From a virus: 27,964 nt of DNA. This document shows, in pieces, positions 1 through 7,203 of the stretch. The DNA lies in IMG/VR virus record IMGVR_UViG_2866711008_000001; one strand, written 5' to 3'. The notes under the pieces are model-generated. The model searched no databases and was not told where the DNA came from. It worked only from the letters and a program-made list of their open reading frames with translations. How positions within the stretch are numbered: the stretch's first letter is position 1; each line of letters opens with the position of its first letter. The translations under genes and the position numbers were made by a program.

Positions 1-127
1 CCGCGTCTTGCTTCGGTGGCCCGTGCCGGCGACGTCGACGAAGCCGGCACGGGCTCCAGCCAGACGGCCGGAGACTCAGGGCCGCAGCTCGTCCATGGCC
101 TGCCAGAGGCGGGCCCGGTCGTGCTGC
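1..127. repeat. Terminal overlap, copy 1 (identical to 27838..27964). The contig closes into a 27,837-bp circle.
   Basis: Read directly: bases 1-127 (ccgcgtcttgcttcggtggcc...ggcccggtcgtgctgc) recur exactly as the last 127 bases of the window. Confidence 0.95.
19..54 (-). terminator. Strong GC hairpin, possibly a terminator or attenuator, downstream of the small leftward ORF. A second copy lies at 27856..27891 inside the overlap.
   Basis: Perfect 12-bp inverted repeat gcccgtgccggc (19-30) / gccggcacgggc (43-54) around a 12-nt loop gacgtcgacgaa. It lies 22 nt past the TGA at 78-76 on the minus strand. There is no U-tail. Confidence 0.4.
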
Positions 128-172
128 GAGGTCGTCGGCGATCTGTTCGTAGGTCAGCCGGCGGGCGGGCAT
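76..172 (-). pseudogene. Frame-disrupted small ORF (MPARRLTYEQIADDL... then ...HDRARLWQAMDELRP*), possibly a relic of an HTH-type regulator or an indel artefact
   Basis: ATG at 172-170 follows GGAG (plus-strand ctcc 181-184). The first 15 codons have G/C in 14 of 15 third positions. After about base 127 that frame loses its GC3 bias, and the +1 frame becomes GC3-rich and ends at TGA 78-76. The +1 frame has no start codon of its own. Confidence 0.3.
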
Positions 173-238
173 GGGTTGATCTCCGTGGGTTGGGCCCACG
201 GATCACACCATGTGCGGTATCGGACCTCAACACGATGC

Positions 239-267
239 TTGACCTAGAAATCTAGGCTTTCTAGGGT
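239..267 (+). promoter_or_regulatory. Candidate rightward promoter for the plus-strand cassette
   Basis: TTGACC (239-244), a 17-nt spacer, then TAGGGT (262-267, fits TAnnnT). It sits in the only AT-rich stretch at this end, 48 nt upstream of the GTG at 315. Confidence 0.5.
243..265. promoter_or_regulatory. Operator-like palindrome CCTAGA-aa-TCTAGG plus a third TCTAGG half-site, overlapping the promoter spacer and -10
   Basis: cctaga (243-248) and tctagg (251-256) are exact reverse complements. tctagg recurs at 260-265 across the -10 hexamer. Confidence 0.5.
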
Positions 268-314
268 ACGGAGAGTGAGCGTTAGATGATCTTTTAGTCA
301 TAAGAGGTGATCCT

Positions 315-485
315 GTGACACCCGCGCACCGGCACGCCAACCCGCCACCCATCGTCGACGGCGACGTATACCCCGCACCACCACGCCCGCCAGCACCCCG
401 CATCAACCGCGCCCAGGTCTGGGAGATCGGGGCCGTCGCCGTCCTGGTCCTCGCGCTCATGGTCTACGGGATCGTGGCCCGGTGA
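315..485 (+). CDS. Small membrane protein (56 aa), hypothetical
   Basis: GTG 315 preceded by AAGAGGTGA (302-310). Translation VTPAHRHANPPPIVDGDVYPAPPRPPAPRINRAQVWEIGAVAVLVLALMVYGIVAR has a C-terminal hydrophobic helix. TGA 483-485 overlaps the next GTG (GTGA). It is below the size cutoff of the ORF track. Confidence 0.5.
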   Translation: MTPAHRHANPPPIVDGDVYPAPPRPPAPRINRAQVWEIGAVAVLVLALMVYGIVAR

Positions 486-829
486 GCGACAGACGGCCGC
501 CCGGTCGGCCGACACCGCGAGCCGGCACCCGGCCAGCCGCTCCGCCACCGCTTCGGACCATCCGCCCCGGCGACACACTCCGCCTCACCCGCGCGGCCTC
601 GCCCCAGTTCGCCCTCGCGGAGATGACCGTCCGGGTGATCGGGGTCCTCGAACGGCACACGTACGACGGCTGGCTGTGGATCGACGCCTACCAGCTCGGC
701 GACACCGGCGACGCCGTTCAGCGCCGCGAGCTGTACCTGATGCCCGCTGGTGTTCAGTGGGTCGACCCGCCGCGGCTGACCGCGCGTCGGCGTCCGATCC
801 GCCGTACGGTCCTGACTGTCGGCCCGTGA
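482..829 (+). CDS. Hypothetical protein (115 aa)
   Basis: ORF track 482..829. The start is coupled to the previous stop by GTGA. Third positions are strongly G/C from about codon 25 (LRTIRPGDTLRLTRAASPQFALAEMTVRVIGVLERHTYDGWLWIDAYQLGD...). No family recognised. Confidence 0.5.
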   Translation: MSDRRPPGRPTPRAGTRPAAPPPLRTIRPGDTLRLTRAASPQFALAEMTVRVIGVLERHTYDGWLWIDAYQLGDTGDAVQRRELYLMPAGVQWVDPPRLTARRRPIRRTVLTVGP

Positions 830-876
830 GCCGCGCGGGCCGCCACGTGTTGACCACAGAGAGTACGGTGCCCGCC

Positions 877-1218
877 ATGACCAACAGCGCGCCTGCCACG
901 TCGCCCCGCCGCGGTCGTCTGCTCTTCATCGCGATCATGTTGGTCGCGATGGTCGCGGCGGCCATCGTCGGTTGGAACATCGGCCTGCCGAACGACCCGG
1001 CCGGTCCCCGGCCGGCGAGCGTGTCCAGCTCCGCGCCTGCGCAGCCGAAGAGCGACCCGTACGAGACGTACCTGAAGCTGGCCCCATCTGATGCGCCGAA
1101 GATCAGCCGGGAAGACGCACAGACTCGGGCCCTGCTCGGTTGTGGCCAGTCGTGGGCGCCCGGCACGGTGGACGCGGCGCTGGCCGAGGCGTACGCGGAC
1201 CTGTGCAAGCAACGCTGA
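877..1218 (+). CDS. Membrane-anchored or secreted protein (113 aa), hypothetical
   Basis: Inner ATG of ORF 676..1218; an in-frame GTG at 868 is an alternative start. MTNSAPATSPRRGRLLFIAIMLVAMVAAAIVGW is a positively charged N-terminus followed by a hydrophobic helix (signal-anchor like). The upstream part of the long ORF is Arg-rich and looks non-coding. Confidence 0.6.
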   Translation: MTNSAPATSPRRGRLLFIAIMLVAMVAAAIVGWNIGLPNDPAGPRPASVSSSAPAQPKSDPYETYLKLAPSDAPKISREDAQTRALLGCGQSWAPGTVDAALAEAYADLCKQR

Positions 1219-1231
1219 CGGGAGACGACAG

Positions 1232-1261
1232 CGCCCCCGCCGCCGTGAGGCAGCGGGGGCG
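1232..1261. terminator. Bidirectional hairpin between the convergent plus-strand cassette and the minus-strand lysis genes
   Basis: cgcccccgc (1232-1240) pairs with gcgggggcg (1253-1261) around a 12-nt loop. It lies between TGA 1216-1218 (plus-strand gene) and the TAG TAG double stop (second TAG at 1310-1308, minus-strand gene). Confidence 0.55.
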
Positions 1262-1310
1262 TCCTCCGGCTGGCGGCCTGTCGGTCCGCGTACGGGTCGC
1301 CGTCAGGCTA

Positions 1311-1484
1311 CTACGCGGGCCGGTTCGGTACCGCGTACACGATGCCCAGCCCGGCGAGAACGGCGCCGGCCACGATGGTCCATTCCAGCCGGGTGACGTG
1401 GTCGTCGGCGAGGGCGGTGCCCAGCGCGGTCAGGCCAGCGGTCAGTCCGCCGACAACGGCCTTGGCGTACGGCTTCCACTGCAT
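1311..1484 (-). CDS. Holin-like small membrane protein with two TM helices (57 aa)
   Basis: ATG 1484-1482 preceded by TAGGAGGAC. MQWKPYAKAVVGGLTAGLTALGTALADDHVTRLEWTIVAGAVLAGLGIVYAVPNRPA has two hydrophobic helices. It is the last gene of the lysis cassette. It is missing from the ORF track, where the competing 187-aa frame 1303..1866 is Arg/Pro junk. Confidence 0.6.
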   Translation of the reverse strand: MQWKPYAKAVVGGLTAGLTALGTALADDHVTRLEWTIVAGAVLAGLGIVYAVPNRPA

Positions 1485-1493
1485 GAGGTCCTC

Positions 1494-1733
1494 CTAGTTG
1501 ACGAGCTGGGGCAGGACGGCGGTGCCGAGCGCCGCCAGGGACAGCAGCACCGCGGCGGCGGGTAGCGGCCACTGCCGGGACTCCAGTGACCGCAGCCGGG
1601 TTTCGTGGTCGCGCAGGTCTTCGCCGTGGCCGGCGCCCTGGTTGACGAGCTTGTTGACGGTGTCGCGGAGTAACACCACCTGGTCGTAGATGTCCCGGGG
1701 TGTGATCTGTACCGGGCCGAGCGGGTCGGTCAT
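1494..1733 (-). CDS. Tail-anchored membrane protein in the lysis cassette (79 aa); possible holin partner or spanin-like protein
   Basis: ORF track 1494..1733. ATGA overlap with the upstream hydrolase gene. Charged, helical N-terminal part (LRDHETRLRSLESRQ) and a C-terminal helix PLPAAAVLLSLAALGTAVLPQLV. Confidence 0.6.
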   Translation of the reverse strand: MTDPLGPVQITPRDIYDQVVLLRDTVNKLVNQGAGHGEDLRDHETRLRSLESRQWPLPAAAVLLSLAALGTAVLPQLVN

Positions 1734-2470
1734 GACGTGAGCCGCCTGGCCAGCTCTTCGGCGACCTGCTCGGTGAGGGCCTCGGGGATCGCGGCGGCGA
1801 TCCGCTCCGGGGTGAGTCCGGCGAGGACACCGGAGACGATGGCCTGCTCGTCGGTGTCACCGTCATTGGCCCGCGCCCGCGTCACCAGCTCGTTGAGCAC
1901 GCTGAGGGTGGACATGCCCTTCGGGATGCCGCCGCCCACGTACTGCCACGGCAGGGCCCGCATCAGGCCGGCCACGGCCGGGTCTTTCAGGATGGCGGCG
2001 AACTGCTTGGCGTCCATGTCGTCCTCTCCGATCTGCCAGTCGCGGGTGTCGTCCGCGCGGGCGGTGTGCACGGTGCTCACGTGGATGTGGGTGTCGTGGG
2101 GGTCCGACCCGTCGTAGTCGTCCCACTCCCAGCCGTAGTTCGGGCCGGTGATCCGCCCGTTCGAGATGATGTAGCCGATGCGCGGGTCACGGCTGCGGCG
2201 CAGCTGCTCGGCCACCTCGTGTGCGTCCAGGCCGAGTTTCGGGGCGTGCGGGAAGTCCCTCGCACACACGACCGCGGTCTTGCCGAGCGCGGTGTAGTAG
2301 TGCGGGTAGTGGTCGCTGCTGCTGCTGTGCGCCGAGTCGGCGATCGACCCCCACGACACCGCCGGAGTGGCCGGCGGCACCGCACGCGGGAACGCGGCAC
2401 GCAGCTGCTCGTTGAGCCGGTCCAGCGAGCGCACAACCCGCCACGACTGACCCTTGCGCCAAGCGGCCAT
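1730..2470 (-). CDS. Putative cell-wall hydrolase (endolysin) with LAS/M15-like metal-site motifs (246 aa)
   Basis: Inner ATG 2470-2468 after GGAGG, sharing one base with the previous stop (TGATG). Motifs SAHSSSSDHYPH, ARDF, DPRIGYIISNGRI and DPHDTHIHVS resemble the H..D / HxH zinc site of LAS peptidases. It sits just upstream of the two membrane proteins. Confidence 0.45.
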   Translation of the reverse strand: MAAWRKGQSWRVVRSLDRLNEQLRAAFPRAVPPATPAVSWGSIADSAHSSSSDHYPHYYTALGKTAVVCARDFPHAPKLGLDAHEVAEQLRRSRDPRIGYIISNGRITGPNYGWEWDDYDGSDPHDTHIHVSTVHTARADDTRDWQIGEDDMDAKQFAAILKDPAVAGLMRALPWQYVGGGIPKGMSTLSVLNELVTRARANDGDTDEQAIVSGVLAGLTPERIAAAIPEALTEQVAEELARRLTS

Positions 2471-2901
2471 CACACCGCCTCCTGGATTGTGACTTTCAGC
2501 CGCGTGTTGCCCACGCGGATCGCCTGGCTCGCGGCGAGGGTGCCGAGCAGCTTGATCGTGTGCGTGCCGGCGGCGCTGAGGGTGCCGTCCCACATCTGCG
2601 AAACGGTGTGTCGGTCGCTCGCGGCCGGGTCCGAGTTGATCGCCTGCCCGGCCTGGACCGTGCCGTCTACATCGCAGTAGCCGAGCATCAGCGCGGTGTT
2701 GGTGCCCTGCTGGTCGGCGTCGAAGACGGCCTCGCAGAACCACCGCGCGGCCGTCTCCGTCGTGAACGTGACCGACGCCCCCGGGACCTCCCCCTGGGTG
2801 ACCGCACCGGTCAGTTCAGACGTCGATGACGCGGTGTAGTAAGCGGTTCGGAGCCGTCGCAGCAGCGCCGCAGTGATCCGCTGCCCGGATGCAATCGCCA
2901 T
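2470..2901 (-). CDS. Hypothetical protein, possible minor tail or receptor-binding accessory (143 aa)
   Basis: ATG 2901-2899 preceded by GAGGAGGATC. MAIASGQRITAALLRRLRTAYYTASS... The upstream 52 codons of ORF 2470..3057 are Arg-rich and overlap the 922-aa gene. Confidence 0.6.
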   Translation of the reverse strand: MAIASGQRITAALLRRLRTAYYTASSTSELTGAVTQGEVPGASVTFTTETAARWFCEAVFDADQQGTNTALMLGYCDVDGTVQAGQAINSDPAASDRHTVSQMWDGTLSAAGTHTIKLLGTLAASQAIRVGNTRLKVTIQEAV

Positions 2902-2911
2902 CAGATCCTCC

Positions 2912-5680
2912 TCATAGCGCCGACACCGCCGGCTGCCATACGTCGACCGCGGTACCGGCCGGCCACGACCTCTGGATGCCGTTGACGCCGCGGGCTGAAA
3001 TGGTGGCGGTCTGTGGGCTGCTCGTGCCGCTGATCGCCGAGAGCGTGACCCGCTCACCGCCCACCCTGATGTCGAGCGGGAAGTCCGTCGGGTCCGTCGT
3101 CCACGGGCCGTTCTCGGTGGTCGACGCCAGCGACAGCGACGTACCCGAGCTGGTCAGGTCCGCGCCGAGCGTGGATCCGTCGGCAGCTACCCGCTGCTCG
3201 CCGTCCACGACGGCCACGTCCCACGGTGACGACGGCGCCGCATTCCAGACAATCGACCAGTCGTAGCCGTCGATCGTCTCCGTGTAGCCCTGCACCATCA
3301 CCCGGGCCGGCCCGGGAGGCAGCCACGCCGGCAGACCATCGATCGACGCCACGTCGCCGGTGTCGGAGAGCACCACCTGCCGCGTAAGGGCCTGGTCGGC
3401 GGCGAGCGTCTTCGCGGCGAGGTTGAGGCGGATACGCGGGTAGCGGGCCTCATCGACTGTGCCCAGGTGCAGCAGCCACGACGCGAGGTCGGGCAGCTGG
3501 TCGTCGGTGGCGACGTTGAGCGTCTCGGAGGTGGTGTACCGGCCGACACCGGCCGGCGGGTCCAGGACCGACAGTGGGCCGTCGAGTTGCACCGCCACCG
3601 ACGACGCCCCGTCAGGGCGCGACACGGTGATGTCGTTGCGGGTCGCGTCGTCGTCGTCTGTCGGCTCGAACGGGGCTGAGATGTGCGTGTAGTCCAGCGG
3701 GATCGGTGTCTGGTTGTACAGGCTCGTCCGGGTGCGGTAGTGCAGACCACGATGCCCCCGCGCGTCGAGCAGGATCCCACCGTCGGCGGCGGCCGCGTCG
3801 CGCAGCGCGTCGAGCAGCGGCACGATCGGCTGCGGCCCGCACGCCGCGGTGTCGTCAGGCGCACCCCAGAACGTGATCGGGATCCCCGCCTCGCCGCACA
3901 CGCGGACGATGCGCTCCCCGGCCTTCTCGCCCGCGTATGCGGTGGAGATGGCCGCGAAGTCGGCGCTGAGGAAGATCCGCTCGTTGTCGACGGCCAGGTG
4001 CGACAGCAGAGCATCCTGCAGGTCGCTGTTGCCTACCACCTCAACCCTGGTGGGGTGGCCGAGCGTGCCCGTGTACGTCCACGAAAAGGTCGAGAACGCG
4101 GGATCGCCGGCGTTGGCCACCCACGGCTGCCACGTGATCGTGTCGCCGGAACGCGACCACTCGACGTACATCATCAGCCAGTCGTCCGGAGGATTATCCG
4201 CGTTGTTGAAGTTGTGGTCCGAAACGGCGTCCCCGCCCTGGTCGTAGCCGACCCACCGGTACCCGCCGCCGGACATCTGGAAGTCCCACCGGGCCACCGT
4301 GCCGCCCGACCAGTGCACCCGCAGATAGGTTTGGTCTCCACCGGCCGGCATCTGTGCCAGCTTGATGAACACCAGCAGTGAGTACGTCGACGACCCGGGT
4401 CGTGGTGTCACGGTCGTCGTGATGGACGACGTCGCGGTCAGCTTCGCCACCGACCGGCTTCCCGGCAGCCGCCCCGATTCCTCGCCGTAGGTCACCTGAG
4501 AGGACGTGGCTGTGGTCGGCCTTGCCGTCGCCGGTGTCGGCCGGGTGGCGTCCGTCCCTTCCTCAAGCGGCAGATAGCCGGCAGGGTCGATAGACGACAG
4601 GGTGCGGCGCAGCGGAGACGTCACCGCGGTGCTCTGACTGAGCCGCCGGGTGATCCCGGCCGCGTCGACCGGCACCCACTGGTCCGTGCCCGCCAGGTTC
4701 CACCGCGACGGCCAGGACGACACCTCACCGTAGAAGCGGGCGCCCCGGTCGATGACCACGGCGCTGCTGTTGAGACTCCACGGGCGGCCCTGCGCATCGG
4801 TCAGCGACGTCTGCCCAGGCTGCATCAGCGTGAAGTCCGGCGACGCCACGAGGGTGCCGCCGATGCGCAGCTCGAAGCCGTACAGCTCACCGGCGGCCGG
4901 CGCCGCGGCGAGGCCGCCGAACGACCCGAGCTCAATGCCCGCAGTGGGGGCCTCCGCCACCGACGTCGCCCCAGCGGGACTCGAGTCCGCGCCCAGCTGC
5001 ACCCACGGACCAGCCAACGATGCCGCGGTGTAGAACCGCACCACCCCCGTGGCCAGGGTCAGCGTCGCCCGCACCGCCAGCGCCCCGCCTGCCACCGATG
5101 GCACCGGCACCAACGCCCGGCGGCTGATCCGGCCCGCGGCACTGCCATCCGGTGACCACGTCAGCCCCAGACGGCCGGCGGCGTCCACATCGATGTACCA
5201 GGCGCGCTCGGTGCCGACCGCCCAGTACCGGCCGACCAGCTCGAAGAAATCGCCGGTCGCCCAACGGACCAGCCGCACCCACATCCGTATGTCCAGGTCG
5301 CCCGAGGTGTTGAGGCTCGCGTGGGCCGGGGTGGTCACCGCCGATGGGTTCTTCGCCGGACCCGACAACGCGACCGCCCCGGCGGCGCCGAGGTCACCGA
5401 CCCGCACCCGGATCGGCGTGTTCCGCCCCAGCAGCCCGTAGTAGGGGCTGGCCGGGTTACGCGGCGAGTACCGGCCGCCAGCGTTGTTGAGGACCAGACT
5501 GCACTGGGTCAGGTCCGGCTCCCGGCCCTCGTTCGGCCGGCCGCGGGTGATGGTGATCCCGCCGCCCGAGTCGGCCACGGAATGTCGGACGTCGCCGGCG
5601 TCGAGCACGTTCACCCAGCCGAGAGTGTCGCCCAGGTACAGGTCCACCTCGGCCGCGACCTGAGTGTCGGGAAACGCCAC
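2912..5680 (-). CDS. Minor tail protein (922 aa) with a siphovirus distal-tail-protein-like N-terminus and large insertions
   Basis: GTG 5680 preceded by GAGGAGC, directly after the tape measure gene. The N-terminus MAFPDTQVAAEVDLYLGDTLGWVNVLDAGDVRHSVADSGGGITITRGRPNEG...CSLVLNNAGGRYSPRNP matches the usual Sipho_tail opening. Confidence 0.7.
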   Translation of the reverse strand: MAFPDTQVAAEVDLYLGDTLGWVNVLDAGDVRHSVADSGGGITITRGRPNEGREPDLTQCSLVLNNAGGRYSPRNPASPYYGLLGRNTPIRVRVGDLGAAGAVALSGPAKNPSAVTTPAHASLNTSGDLDIRMWVRLVRWATGDFFELVGRYWAVGTERAWYIDVDAAGRLGLTWSPDGSAAGRISRRALVPVPSVAGGALAVRATLTLATGVVRFYTAASLAGPWVQLGADSSPAGATSVAEAPTAGIELGSFGGLAAAPAAGELYGFELRIGGTLVASPDFTLMQPGQTSLTDAQGRPWSLNSSAVVIDRGARFYGEVSSWPSRWNLAGTDQWVPVDAAGITRRLSQSTAVTSPLRRTLSSIDPAGYLPLEEGTDATRPTPATARPTTATSSQVTYGEESGRLPGSRSVAKLTATSSITTTVTPRPGSSTYSLLVFIKLAQMPAGGDQTYLRVHWSGGTVARWDFQMSGGGYRWVGYDQGGDAVSDHNFNNADNPPDDWLMMYVEWSRSGDTITWQPWVANAGDPAFSTFSWTYTGTLGHPTRVEVVGNSDLQDALLSHLAVDNERIFLSADFAAISTAYAGEKAGERIVRVCGEAGIPITFWGAPDDTAACGPQPIVPLLDALRDAAAADGGILLDARGHRGLHYRTRTSLYNQTPIPLDYTHISAPFEPTDDDDATRNDITVSRPDGASSVAVQLDGPLSVLDPPAGVGRYTTSETLNVATDDQLPDLASWLLHLGTVDEARYPRIRLNLAAKTLAADQALTRQVVLSDTGDVASIDGLPAWLPPGPARVMVQGYTETIDGYDWSIVWNAAPSSPWDVAVVDGEQRVAADGSTLGADLTSSGTSLSLASTTENGPWTTDPTDFPLDIRVGGERVTLSAISGTSSPQTATISARGVNGIQRSWPAGTAVDVWQPAVSAL

Positions 5681-5681
5681 G

Positions 5682-7202
5682 TCAGCTCCTCAACACGGCG
5701 ACCGGGTCACCGCCGCGGTGCTTGATCGCGGCGCGCAGGATCTCCAGGAGCAGGTCATCGACGGACCGGCCGCTGGACTGTAGGACCAGCACTGAGCCGC
5801 CGCCGCCGGACGCGGACGGCGACTTGATCTGCTCGCCGGCCTGGAGCACGGCGAGGACGTTCTCACCGGGCCGGCCGGGCACCGTGCCGCCGCTGTGGAA
5901 CGTGGGCAGCCGCGGCGCGGAGATGCTGTTCCCGCCGACGCCGGGCACCCAGCCCGGTACCGTCCACGACAGCCGGCCCACCGTCGCGTTCCACGCCCGG
6001 GACACGGAGTTGAAAGCCGACCGGAACGGCGACGAGATCAGCCCACCGATCTTCCCGAACGCCCGACCGATCTTGCCCGGCAGGCTGATGTACCAGTTGA
6101 ACGCCGTCGTCGTGATCTTCTTGATCCAGTCCCACGCGGCCTTCACCGGCTCGCCGATCTTGCCCCAGATCGCCCCCCACAGATCTTGGAACCAGGTCGT
6201 CTGGGTCGCGATCCAGATGATCGCCCCGACCAGCGCACCGATAGCCACGATCACGATGCCGATCGGGTTCGCCGACATCGCGACGTTCCACGCCCACTGC
6301 GCGGCCGTCGCGATACCGGTAGCGGCGGCGCCAGCCAGCTGCGCGGCCTTACTCGCGGTGGTGGCGGCCGCGGACTTGATCGACGCCAGCGACACCGCGT
6401 TGTTGGCCATCGCGAGCAGGTTGAGCGTGCCGACCAGGCCGAGGGCGGCCGTGGACAGCAGCTCGATCTCCGTCCCAACCCGGGACAGCGTCGACGGGTC
6501 CGCCGCCTTCTGCGCATCGTTCAGGTTCAGCTGCGCATCCTTCGCGTCGCGATTCGCCTGAGCCATGTCCCGGCCGGCTTGCGCGGCGTCCTCGTTGGCC
6601 TGCGCCAGATCGGCCTGCGCCTGGCCGCTGTCGACCCCGGCCTGCTTCAGGTCCAGCTGCGCTTGCGCCAGGTCCTGCGCCGCCTGCCGGGCCTCGATGC
6701 TGCCCTTGCCGTGCTCCTTGACCGCGGCGTTGTAGTCCTTCTGCGCCTGCGCGGCGTCGATCGCCGCCTGCTTCTGGTCGAGCACAGCTTGTTCCGCGTC
6801 GACGCCGGCCTGCTTCGCGTCGAGCTGCGCCTGGTTGAGATCCAGCTGCGCCTGCTTCAGGTCGCCGAGGGCCTGCTCCGCGTCGAGGCCGGCCTGCTCG
6901 ACGTCGGCCAGGGCCCGGGCCTGCGCCTGCGCCCGGTCCGCGCCCCGGCTCTGGAGCGCGGCCAGCGCCGACACGGTGCCGCCGGCGTCGCCGACCGCCG
7001 CGGACATACCGGCGGCCGTCGCACCGATCCGGGCCATGCGGCCGCTGTAGACGTCCGCCGAGCGGCCGGCGTCGGTGGTCTGCTGGCTGGCCCGGGCCGC
7101 CGCGTCCCCGACGCTCTCCGTGGCTGCGCTCGCCTGCGCGGCGGCCTTGTTCAGCTTCGTCGCGTCGCCGGCGAACGTCAGCGTTACCGCGTTCCCCGCC
7201 AC
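5682..7202 (-). CDS. Tape measure protein (506 aa)
   Basis: GTG 7202 after GGAGG. Long Ala/Gln/Asp coiled-coil repeats (QAQLDLNQAQLDAKQAGVDAEQAVLDQKQAAIDAAQAQ). Central hydrophobic segment NPIGIVIVAIGALVGAIIWIATQTTWFQDLWGAIW. Located between the chaperone genes and the minor tail gene. Confidence 0.85.
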   Translation of the reverse strand: MAGNAVTLTFAGDATKLNKAAAQASAATESVGDAAARASQQTTDAGRSADVYSGRMARIGATAAGMSAAVGDAGGTVSALAALQSRGADRAQAQARALADVEQAGLDAEQALGDLKQAQLDLNQAQLDAKQAGVDAEQAVLDQKQAAIDAAQAQKDYNAAVKEHGKGSIEARQAAQDLAQAQLDLKQAGVDSGQAQADLAQANEDAAQAGRDMAQANRDAKDAQLNLNDAQKAADPSTLSRVGTEIELLSTAALGLVGTLNLLAMANNAVSLASIKSAAATTASKAAQLAGAAATGIATAAQWAWNVAMSANPIGIVIVAIGALVGAIIWIATQTTWFQDLWGAIWGKIGEPVKAAWDWIKKITTTAFNWYISLPGKIGRAFGKIGGLISSPFRSAFNSVSRAWNATVGRLSWTVPGWVPGVGGNSISAPRLPTFHSGGTVPGRPGENVLAVLQAGEQIKSPSASGGGGSVLVLQSSGRSVDDLLLEILRAAIKHRGGDPVAVLRS

Positions 7203-7203
7203 C

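Noticed and set aside
1-127. Terminal repeat interpreted as a biological direct terminal repeat, LTR or attL/attR pair
   Set aside because: The exact length of 127 nt equals a common maximum assembler k-mer. The sequence is continuous coding and regulatory phage DNA, with no flanking host sequence and no integrase. A real short DTR cannot be excluded without read data.
8-255. Plus-strand ORFs 8..247 and 16..255 (79 aa each) at the window start
   Set aside because: These are Arg/Ser/Cys-rich translations without ribosome-binding sites. They overlap the hairpin and the better-supported minus-strand leader ORF, and they run into the AT-rich promoter region.
1303-1866. 187-aa minus-strand ORF spanning the lysis region
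   Set aside because: Its translation is Pro/Arg/Ser-rich. Two shorter frames with strong SD sequences and clear transmembrane helices (1311..1484 and 1494..1733) explain the same DNA better.
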